Positions 11,294-21,700 of a DNA stretch of 64,000 nucleotides are shown in pieces. The translations under genes were made by a program, and so were the position numbers. Position 1 is the first letter of the stretch. Every line of letters starts with the position of its first letter. The stretch spans positions 868,001-932,000 of the forward strand of contig MU008181.1 in assembly GCA_010909165.1 (NCBI GenBank), written 5' to 3'. This DNA is from Anthoceros angustus (lineage: Eukaryota; Plantae; Anthocerotophyta). The notes under the pieces are model-generated. The model had not been told where the DNA came from and did not search any database. It saw only the letters and a program-made list of their open reading frames with translations.

Positions 11294-12433
11294 ATGTGGC
11301 CCTTGCCGGAGGAGGTTCACATCATCGACTACCCCAATCCAGCAGTGTTTCACAGCTGCGAGGTGTTCCATCTCCTAGCACGCATCCACCAGAGGCAGAA
11401 GCTAGAGGAATGGAGCGACGAATGGCTAAACTTCTGGAACCGCTTCGCCATTTCCTTCCCGGCGCGGTGCCCTCACTGCCTGAAGGACGAGGCGGAGTGG
11501 AAGGACCCGCCGCCGCCCCCCTTCGTCTTCCTCAGGAAAGGAGGAGGGTTCTTATCCAGTGATGGCGTGCACCTGGTCCCTGACAAGTCCCGCTTCTCCA
11601 TCCTCTTCCCCTACAGCTCCCGGCAGGCGCTCAAGATGATCCCGTACCTGGACGCCGGCAGCATCGCCCACCCCCGCAAGAGCTACCACCGGCGCCACCC
11701 CGACTTCCCCGTGCGCAAGCCCCGCGGCGGGCTGCTGGCCAGCGATGGCAGCCATCTCCCGCCCCTGCAGTCCCGCTTCTCCCGCCTCTTCCCCTACACG
11801 TCGCGCAAGGCCATCGCAATGGTGAACTGGGCGGACCCGGGGCCTCCCCCGATCCACCCCATCAAAGTCTGGCGGGACGGCAAGGCCATGTGGGACGATC
11901 CCGCCCCGCGCCCTCCCCAGAAGCCCTACATTCCCCCGCCGCCGGGGCCCCGCAAGATCCTCAAGACGGGCCAGGGCCTCATGTCCAGCGGCGGCAAGCA
12001 CCTGCCTGCCATCAAGTCCCGCTTCTCCACCCTCTTCCCCTACACCTCCCGCAAAGCCCTCCAGATGCTACCTTGGGCCGATCCTGGCCCACTCCCCATC
12101 CACCCCATCAAGACGTTTCCCAAGCGCATACCGCCTGAGCAAGTGGATGCCGCACCCGCTGCCGACTCCAACGCTAACCTAAACCCTAACCCTAACCCTA
12201 ACCCTAACCCTAATTCCACACAGGCGCTTCCTCTACAGACTGCCGTAGATGGCAAGCAGAAGCAAGGAAAGAGGGGACAGCCAGATGCTCCTCCTGCGCT
12301 TCCCCCTGCTCCCCCGGAAGCTGCAAGCAAACAGAAGAAGGGCAACAAGGACACGGCAACCCCAGCCCCTCCCGCTCCAGTCCCTCCACCCGCAGACAAA
12401 GGTACAAAACAGAAGACTGCTATTAAAAAATGA
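11294..12433 (+). CDS. Unrecognised protein with three ~48-aa internal repeats and a Pro/Lys-rich low-complexity tail
   Basis: The frame is open from the stop at 11180-11182; the first ATG is at 11294. GC3-rich codon usage resembles the adjacent OTU gene. The repeat G(G/Q)(F/L)(L/M)(S/A)S(D/G)G.HL....SRFS.LFPY(S/T)SR.A..M..(W/Y).D.G...(I/A)HP.K occurs three times with synonymous-type divergence. Confidence 0.75.
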   Translation: MWPLPEEVHIIDYPNPAVFHSCEVFHLLARIHQRQKLEEWSDEWLNFWNRFAISFPARCPHCLKDEAEWKDPPPPPFVFLRKGGGFLSSDGVHLVPDKSRFSILFPYSSRQALKMIPYLDAGSIAHPRKSYHRRHPDFPVRKPRGGLLASDGSHLPPLQSRFSRLFPYTSRKAIAMVNWADPGPPPIHPIKVWRDGKAMWDDPAPRPPQKPYIPPPPGPRKILKTGQGLMSSGGKHLPAIKSRFSTLFPYTSRKALQMLPWADPGPLPIHPIKTFPKRIPPEQVDAAPAADSNANLNPNPNPNPNPNSTQALPLQTAVDGKQKQGKRGQPDAPPALPPAPPEAASKQKKGNKDTATPAPPAPVPPPADKGTKQKTAIKK

Positions 12434-12466
12434 GAAGAGCAAACTTCTCCTTCAAGGAGAATTTGC

Positions 12467-12625
12467 GAAGCCTGTCCTTTGGAGGATCTCCGAAGCCTGT
12501 CCTTTGGAGGATCTCCGAAGCCTGTCCTTTGGAGGATCTCCGAAGCCTGTCCTTGGAGGATCTGCGAAGCCTGTCCTTGGAGGATCTGTGAAGCTTGTCC
12601 TTGTAGGAGGATCTGCAAAGCTGGT
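12467..12625. repeat. 24-25-bp tandem minisatellite (GAAGCCTGTCCTTTGGAGGATCTCC), about 6 copies, degenerating rightwards
   Basis: Head-to-tail copies with no unique spacers. Confidence 0.95.
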
Positions 12626-12966
12626 TCTCTTCGTCGTCATTTTGTTCCCGAAGCACCTAATCCTACTACGAATTACCAACTCAAAAATAAAGATTTCTCC
12701 AGCAAATGGGAGATTTCTATGGAATACCGATCTCGTCACACGGGAGTCTGTGTGTCACTTTCTTTCTTTTCGGTGTACGCTACGAGGATATGCCACGGAA
12801 TCTTTTCGATACTCACGTATAATACACGTATAATACGTGCCACATCACTTCACGGGGTTCGTCGGGAAAAACATTCTATCACACGTTCCTCGGCACGGTG
12901 TTCCGATGGTGTCATACGATGTTTTTGATGGCGGTGTTAGGGTTTTCATCGGGTCTACACACAAAC

Positions 12967-14420
12967 ATGGCGGGCAACACATACACACGAGAACTTTTGT
13001 TCGCGGTATGGCCGCGTTACGAGAAACCGCCGCAAATCCTCCGCTTACACATCACTTTCACTATATATGCGGGAAGGGCGGGATGTGGGGCGATCCCTAC
13101 GTTCGTGTGCTTGCCTACTAACATGCTTGTGTTGTGCTTGCAGTTGGATGTATGGGGCGACTTCGACGAGAAGATGATCGTAACTTCACCTTTCAAACCG
13201 AACATTGCCGAAGGAAACCATTGCAATGCGAGCATTACAGATCCGAACATGCTTCACACTATCCCCTCCTCAACCTCATCAAAGCAGGCAATGTCACTGC
13301 GTCCTACAAATCCACTTCCGGTCCTACGGACACAGGCGCATGCGCGTTCAACCAAAAACATCCGAACATAGTCTGCGCTCACACCTCATGGTGGGGCGCT
13401 CTACAAAAAAAACACCTCCCTCGCCCGCGATCGATCGCGGAAGAGCCTCGAGCGAGCCCTCCATCCTCTTGTGCTCGAACTTGGCTCCTCCTCTGGACTT
13501 AGTTCGCCCCTGTCTTTTCTTGGAGGCGAATGTCCCTCCGGACATGGGAGGTGCACCCGGTGTGCCATGGCGGGCAGTGCACCACTGTCCTGTGAGGTTG
13601 GGGAGGCGGGTTCATCCCGGCACCAATGGGAAGGGGACCCCGAACCGGAAGGCGTGGCGGGGGCGATTGCGGAGAGGGTGGCATCCACCACCAGAACCGC
13701 ACTTGCACATTGGCCCGATGGCATGGAGGATGCGGCCATTCTTTGCGTTCATGTATTCCATGAAGCGCGACCCGATAACATTCCAGGCTGCGTTGTCGGC
13801 CCGGCCGTGAGTCTGTCCATCACTCCCTCCATGTCGGTCGGTGGACCTCGGTTGCGCACCTTCTCCACCACTTCAAGAAGGAGGTGATGGCGCCCGTCAT
13901 GGCGGCGTCGATTACTGCATTGGACTTGGTTGCTACCATACTCGGAGCTCCATTGGGTGGATGCCCCACCTTGTTGCGGCCTTGGGCGGTGGCCCCTCCC
14001 AGGTCTGGCCCCATTCACGCCTCGGCGGCAGGGGTTCGCCTCCGGCACTCTCGCCTTGCATCTTGGCCTTCGCCCACGGCGCCCGCCCCGCTAGGTCTGC
14101 GCCCCCTGCACCTCTTCCTCTTCCGGGTGCCCGCTGCCTCGAGCTCAACGATGAGCTCGGCCAGCTCTTCTCTCTCGCCTTGCCTCCTCCGCCCGCCGCC
14201 GCCCGCCGGCCGTCATCCTCCGCTCGATCTTGGCGGCGCTCCACGTCCGTATAGCGGATGCGAGCGAAGTTCCGTTTTCGTAGATGACCACAGCAGGGCT
14301 GGTCTCGTCCACTCCGTCCACACCTGCAAACCCAACTCGCAGACATATGAGTACCAGGCATGGCAAAGTTCACCACTTGCAACCAGCATTACGAGGCATG
14401 ACAATGACAACTGAACCCAC
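12967..14420 (+). pseudogene. Putative spliced, degenerate gene just inside the left TIR (unknown product)
   Basis: ATG at 12967 (MAGNTYTRELLFA), donor GTATGG at 13006, branch-like CTAAC at 13118 and TTGCAG acceptor at 13143. The same frame continues to 13887 with one stop. Protein-like stretches occur in neighbouring frames (HLLHHFKKEVMAPVMAASITALDLVATILG). The 138-nt intron is itself open in frame, so splicing is not proven. Confidence 0.35.
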
Positions 14421-14769
14421 CAGCATTGTCAAACACATTGCAGTCACGGCGGATTGTGCGTGTTCACTTACCATCGGAGTCTTCCGATTGTTGTCCGGCT
14501 GGCCGCGCTCCCTCGCCCCCTTCGTTCGCAACCCAGTCCACGTCTCCATCGTCGTCCGCTGTGGGCGCCTCCTCTCCCTCCTCGGTTTCGTTCTCCTCCA
14601 CTCTCACCGGAAGCGCCCCCGGCACGGGCTCCTTCCCCGGCCTGGAGCCGCTTGCCCCACCATCCTCACTTCTGCCTCCGTCCCCACCTCCTCCGCCCTC
14701 GCCCCCCACGGGCACGTCCTGAGAAGGAGGCGCAAGGGATGCCTGGTCCTCCGTCCCGGCATGCGCCTC

Positions 14770-16700
14770 TGTGTTTGACCTCATTGGCGCAACCACATGG
14801 GTTGCGATCCTTGGCCGCCTTGCGGTTGGTGGGGCGCGAATGTCGGCTGCGGCTCGAAGGCTGCTGCGACCCTCGGCGCATGCGGCCGAGCCATCCCCTG
14901 CTGCAGCCATTGGCGGGCGCATGCGGCGAGCCACCCTCACTGCGGCCATTGGTGCTGCGATCGCCGATCCACCCCTTCCCCTACGGTGCGTCGGCTGCCG
15001 GCCGTCATCCTCCACTGCGGCCTCGGCGCATGCGGCAACCCGGCTGCTGCTGCGACCCTCGGTGTCTTCAGCGACCCTCATCTGCGGTCCGGGACTTCGG
15101 GCGCATGCAATCGCCTCTGCGCCCTCCGTGTTTGGGCGGGCGATGCCCGCCCGCCGCCACCGCCTCCGCCCGCCGCCACCGCCTCGCCTTGGCGCAACCA
15201 CATGGGTTGCGATCCTTGGCCCCGGCCGCTTGTTGCCCCAGGTGGCACGCCACAGGCTGCGGAGGGCTCCACCAAAGCGGCGGCATCGGGATGCCGCCTC
15301 CGCCCGCCAACCGGCCCCTCACTTTCTGCATGCTCGTCCGTGGGGCTCTTCAAGCATTACTGCAGCCCTCGCCGCCGCCCGCCGCCACCGCCTCCGCCCG
15401 CCGCCACCGCCTCCGCTGCCGCGGGCGAGCGATTGCCGCCCGCCCGCCCGCCGCATCGGCCATTTCCTCATCGTCGCCACCGCCTCCGCCCGCCCGCCCG
15501 CCGCCATGCCTTCCGGTCGCCTCCCTCCTCCGTCCCGGCCGACATGGGTGTGTCGAGCTCCATGTCTTCCACCTCGCCGCCGCCCATATCGCAAAACGCC
15601 TATGCTCGTGAGCTTCCACTTTGAAAAGTGGCACTTGGAGTTCAGTGAAGAGCGCCCCAACTTGCGCCTATAAATAGGAAGAAACGTCCTTGGCCGCAAC
15701 CACATGGTATGCATGCTTTCGGTGGCATTTGGCACCCCAATGCATCACCGTTGCCACCGGTAGCGGCTGTTTGGCGCTTCGCGCCAGCTGCGGCTGCGGC
15801 TCGAAGGCTGCGACCCTCGGCGCATGCGGCCGAGCCATCCCCACGCTGCGACCATTGGCGGGCGCATGCGGCGAGCCACCCTCACTGCGGCCATTGGTGG
15901 CTGCGGTCGGCCGATCCACCCCTTCCCCTACGGCGGCGCAGCTGCCGGCCGTCATCCTCCACTGCGGCCCTGGCGCATGCGCAACCCGGCTGCTGCGACC
16001 CTCGGTGTCTTGCCTTCCGGTCGCCTCCCTCCTCGGTTTCGTTCTCCTCCACTGCGGCCATTGGCGGGCGCATGCGCCTCGCCTTGCCGCCTCCGTGTTT
16101 GGGCGGGCGAAGCCGGCGACCATCCGCTGCCGCCACCGCCTCGCCTTGGCGCAACCACATGGGTTGCGATCCTTGGCCCCGGCCGCTTGTTGGGGCGCCC
16201 CAGGTGGCACAGGCTGCGGAGGGCTCCACCAAAGCGGCGGCATCGGGATGCCGCCCTCCATCGCGGACCACCGAGCCCTCACTTTCTGCATGCTCGTCCG
16301 TGGGGCTCTTCAAGCATTACTGCCGGCCGTCATCCTCCGCCCGCCGCCGCCACCGCCTCGCGCTGCTCGGCTGCCGCCGGGCGAGCGATTGCCGCCCGCC
16401 GGCCATTTCCTCATCGTCGCCACCGCCACAGCGATGCGCTCCAGATGCCCGGCCGCCATGCCTTCCGGTCGCCTCCCTCCTCCGTCCCGGCGCGACATGG
16501 GTGTGTCGAGCTCCATGTCCTCCACCTCGCCGCCGCCCGCCCATATCGCAAAACGCCTATGCTCGTGAGCTTCCACTTTGAAAAGTGGCACTTGGAGTTC
16601 TTGGTGAAGAGCTGCCCCAACTGCTGCCCTGTATGCATGCTTTTGGCATTTGGCACCCCAATGCATCACCGTTGCCACGGTAGCGGCTGTTTGGCGCTTC
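14770..16700 (+). repeat. ~960-bp GC-rich tandem duplication with internal sub-duplications
   Basis: Anchor ACTTTCTGCATGCTCGTCCGTGGGGCTCTTCAAGCATTACTGC at 15321 and 16281. Anchor CATATCGCAAAACGCCTATGCTCGTGAGCTTCCACTTTGAAAAGTGGCACTTGGAGTTC at 15585 and 16542. Confidence 0.9.
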
Positions 16701-16899
16701 GCGCCAGCTGCGGTGCTGCTATTCGATTTCAACACCACGGCGGTTCGCCACGCATGTTGCCACCGCTTTCGATTCATTGCGGTTCCAACCTTCTAAGCGT
16801 ACTTGCTTGGGTCCGGACGATCGTTGACCGCTAGTCAACCTACCACTTCCGCCTTTTCCGATGTGTTCGCCATCTATCCATGGCATCTACGGTACTTGC

Positions 16900-17960
16900 C
16901 TTTTCCACCTTGCGCCTATAAATAGGAAGAAAAGTCCTTCGCATTTGGACCAATGTCACATGTGCATTGCCTATGGATGGCATCCACATGGTATGTATGC
17001 ATGATGGCTGGTTGTCATGTGATGCATGAACATTTGTACCTAGATCTTTGTGCCATGGCACAATCCATGTATGTGCACCGTCATGCATGTCGGGAAGGGT
17101 ACCATGCCACATATAAAGGTCACGTGCGATATAGAGAAGACATAAAAATCAAAACCCAAGGAAAAGGTGCCCACGACACGGCATCTACGTAGACATGGTC
17201 ACATGCATCACACATCAACGGGCATCATGCATACATACCATGTGCATGTGCATCGTGATATATGTTGACGCGGTACTCGACACATACATCGTCAGCGAAT
17301 CTATATAGAAAAGACCTAAAAATCAAAACCCAAGGAAAATGTGCACATGGAAAGCACATGGTATGCATGCATGCGGGATGGATGGTTGACATGTGAAGTA
17401 TGTGAACATGTATACCTAGATGCTCATCATGGGCACCTTTTCCATCTATGTGCATCGTGATGCATGTTCGGTACTATGACACATATATAGGTCAGCGCAT
17501 CTATATTCAAACTACGTAAACACCATAACCCAAGGAAAAGGGCGAGTACGTTCTTCAGTGCATGAATATCAATTGTTCGAAGGCCAAGGACAAGTGGGAT
17601 TACAAATATACCTAACGCCTACCATCGGTGGTGGCACTCCATCAACAGTTCCGGTTTTTTTTGCCTATATGTGGGCTACCCAACCATGGACTACCAACTA
17701 CACGCTACTTGCCTATCCCCGCCCTACCTATATATAGGAAGAAACGTCCTTGGCCCCTTGGCCTTTGGACCACGTCATGTGGTGTATGTGAACATGTCTA
17801 CCTAGATGTTGTGTCATGGCACAATCAACCTATGTGCATCGCGATGTTTGTAAGGCACAAGTACTCGACACATATATAGGTCACCGCACCTATATAGAAA
17901 ATACCTGAAAATCATAAACCAAGGAAAAGGGCTAGTAGGTTGTTAAGCGCATAAATATCA
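16900..17960 (-). repeat. Left block of ~175-bp CATG-rich satellite (inverted relative to 26.4-28.45 kb)
   Basis: AACC(C)AAGGAAAA anchors at ~17153, 17327, 17527 and 17918. Positions 17521-17595 are the near reverse complement of ~26478-26555. Confidence 0.85.
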
Positions 17961-18749
17961 TTTGTTCAAAGGCCAAGGAGAAGTAGGACTCTAAATAGAT
18001 CCATGCCTACCATCGGTCTGGTGGTGCTTCATCGAGAGTCCCGGTGGTTTTGCCTATATATGTGGGCTACCCAACCTATGATTCTTCGATTGTACATGTT
18101 TGTCATAAAGGATAGGCAGCCATACTTAGTCCCTTCTTTTCTCTTTTCCCTCTTCTCACCTTTGGGAACCGCATTGTCTAGTGGGACCGTCGGTTCGTTG
18201 TCTTTATCATGTGCGCACCTATGCAGCCCTGCTCATGACTAAGCGGTCGCAATGGTCGCATAGGTACTTCGTTTCATTTGGTGATTCTCGGTTTGGTCCA
18301 AAGGCCAAGGTCTTCCTTCCATTCATTGATTGACATATTGGTGCAAAGGCCAAGGAGTTTTGTTCCCTTCATTGCCAATGTGAAAGCTCCAAAGGCCAAT
18401 GAGTATTTTCCCTTTCATGGTCGGGATGGTCCAAAGGGGAAGGCCTTGTCTTCGTATATATAGGCAGGCAGGGCAGGATAGGCAAGTACCGTGTAGTTGG
18501 GAAATGGAGTTTCTTCCTACACATGAATCGGACCTTACATTCGGACCATTTGTCAATCCAGGATTACATTTTAGTCCTTGGCCTTTGGACGTCAACCAGA
18601 AAATATCATGTCATGTACTAGTCGTCGGCGTAAGGCCGAATGACGAAAACAAGTGATGTTGTTTTCGTCATTGGGCCAAACATAGACTAGTTCGACATGT
18701 CTGACGAAAACGAAACACCAAGTCGGTGTGCTTTGGACCACTGACCACT

Positions 18750-21700
18750 ACAGGCAGGCAAATTCGTCAGTAGGCTTTGGACCGATTACAATTCACTGCG
18801 ACAGTCATGCCCCTTCCTACCGCCATTCCACAACCACTCTTCCACTCGCGATCGCGGCCATTGCTATTATGAGCAGCCGCCATCGCCACCCTGTGCAAGT
18901 TCACCGCTATGCCTCCGGTGATTGCGGCGATGCGCAATAAAAATGCACCTCCTTTGGAGGCCATTCCTGCGCCTCTCGCCTCCCAGTCCGTCGCCGCCCC
19001 TCCACTGCACATTCGAAGGACCTTCCTCCCACCGCATAAGGCAGCGACGGATGGTGTGCGGCGTGCGAGTGGGCTCACCCATCGATGATGCACCAAAGCG
19101 CCTTCCCTCCGCATCCGCGGCTGCGCTGCATCCCGTCTTCCACACGTCAAACTCCTCGGCGTCATGCCCGGCACCTCACCGGCACGGAATGCGATGGCCC
19201 AAACCTCGCTTTGTCTCATCGGCGAGCGCACGCGTGACCGCACTTCCGTCGCACACTTCTGCGGTTGTCTTCTTCCGGTGACGTCGCGCTCGCATCCGAT
19301 GTCAGCAAAAACTTTGAGCTGTCCACCCTCGGATTGTCGCAATGACAACCTTGCTCGGCGGTAGCACCACCCTCGCGATCGCCATGCGTGCGGTGCACGC
19401 TCCACTGGAAGACCTTCCGCCTCCAAAACCTCCCCACCTCTTTCCATTTGCCCATTGTGATTGTCGGGCGCGGCCGATTGGAACCTCGGCGACTTAGTTC
19501 CGCCATTCGACCGCCGCCCGCCAACCCTACGGTTTCCGTATTATTCCGCCCGACCTTGTTTACATCCATTCTCAATTGGTGACGGAAAGCAAATCACGTC
19601 GGGAACTGGCCGTCTGTTCCACATGGGTGCAGTTGCCTCCATTTTCCGTATCCGGCCATCGCAAACCAAGAAGTGAGTGCGGACAGGCTCAAAGTCTCTT
19701 CACATTACTGCCCTCTTGTGCGGGGGCCAGGACAAACACAACTTCTGAAAACCACTTGCCAGTGTCTAATGAAACGCAGGTCCGACTCCGAGGCCGGCCT
19801 TTCAAGCGTTCCCATACACGGAGTTCATGCGGATGGCTTCTATCACCCGCGTGGCCATCACGAGCTTGGACATAGGCGGGAGGAGAGTGCGAGCACGTCC
19901 TCGCGAGGCGGTGCCCAAACGCCCGGAGGGGAGCTTGCCTGACCACCATTGGCATCGCCCGAAGTAAACTCGTGATGAAGGTGAACAGGCGCGCTCTATC
20001 GCCAAATGACATCTCTCGGCGATTTCACGAACATTTCTCTAAAGCTGCGGCAAGCCTCGAATCTCACTCACTCGAGGCCGTCGCCTGCATCCATGCGTGG
20101 CGGTGAAGAACTTGGTGACACTCTCAAACGTGCACTCCCTAGACACTCCAACATGGCCCTCTTGTCCAGTGCACCACATGCCGAACCCTCTCCCACCCAC
20201 CCGCGTGCGGGCACCGGTGAATAAAAGCGGTCCTGCACCTTCTTCCGAATCGCGCCACCGCCGCCCGGGACATGCGAGGGCTTGGTCGGCCACATGCTTG
20301 AAAAATCCGGGAGCATGCGCCATCGGACCAACGGCCGATGAAATCGCCTCCTCTTCGCCCGCCGAGCCCGCGTTTGATTCTTGGAGGATGGCCATCAGTG
20401 GGTGGGTTGTCAACATATCCGTCTTAAAAGCCCTCTTCAACGTCCTCTCTGTGCCCGCATCCTTCCACTCCTTGTGCACGCCATCCTTTTGGCTCCCTAG
20501 TGCGTCTTGAGTGTGGCAAATGTCATGGGACGACTCACCTCAATGCCATTTGCCAGCATGTAAGCGGTGGCGAAGAACATGGCACACAAGGAGGCATCTG
20601 TCCGTGCACATTTTGCATCAATTGGACACCAAATATCTTACCATGTTGCTGTAGGGGTCGGATGCACTCATGGGCGATGTGGTAATGTGTAGCACAGCGT
20701 TGCGTTCGAACACGCCGTCCACAAATGACGGCGACTCAGTACTTCCGAGCCTCGGCGATGCCGTCGCGTAGGCGCACCTCCTGTTCCAACCTCGTGGACT
20801 ACATCACCACATGCCGGAACCCTCTCCCACCCACCCGCGTGCGGGCACCGGTGAATAAAAGCTGGTCCTGCACCTTCTTCCGAATCGCGCCACCGCCGCC
20901 CGGGACATCACGAGGGCTTGGTCGGCCACATGCTTGAAAAATCCGGGAGCACATGCGCCATCGGACCAACGGCCGATGAAATCGCGGCTTCTGCTCCTCT
21001 TACCAGGGCGTTTGATTCTTGGAGGATGGCCATGGTGTGGGTGGGTTGTCAACATATCCGTCTTAAAAGCCCTCTTCAACGTCCTCTCTGTGCCCGCATC
21101 CTTCCACTCCTTGTGCACGCCATCCTTTTGGCTCCCTAGTGCGTGCGCGAGTGTGGCAAATGTCATGGGACGACTCACCTCAATGCCATTTGCCAGCATG
21201 TAAGCGGTGGTCAAGAACATGGCTGCACACAAGGAGGCATCTGCCGTCGTCGGCCGCACATTTTGCATCAATTGACAAATATCTTACCATGTTTTGTAGG
21301 GGTCGGATGCACTCATGGGCGATGTGGTAATGTGTAGCACCGCGAACGTTGCGTTCGAACACGCCGTCCACAAATGACGGCGACTCAGTACTTCTCGTGA
21401 TGCACCGTCGCGTCTGCATCCTTGTTCCAACCTCGTGGACTACATCACCATGTCCCGTGCAGTGCGATCGCACTCTAAGCGGTGGGAAAGGTCCCCCTCC
21501 GGCCCGGTCGAAATTGTCGAACAGTTGTTGGCACTCCATGCCCGCCTCAACCTGCAATCACCAATGCTGTCGTCGTTACCGAACCCCATCGAGGCACCAC
21601 AGCCAGCTGCAAATAATGGCATGTACGGCCGCTCACCTGGAGGGTTAGGAGGTCCTCGAATCGCCGCTCCTGCTCCGTTCGGACGGCATACAGAGCCTTC

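Noticed and set aside
11552-12618. Minus-strand ORFs of 149 and 192 aa
   Set aside because: Antisense shadows of the repeat-protein gene and of the 25-bp minisatellite.
12467-12625. 25-bp repeats as a CRISPR array
   Set aside because: Copies are head-to-tail with no unique spacers, there are no cas genes, and the context is eukaryotic.
14426-16834. Many 200-385-aa ORFs on both strands as real genes
   Set aside because: They arise from very GC-rich, CCG/GCC-rich duplicated DNA that lacks stop codons. All six frames are open and the translations are low complexity.
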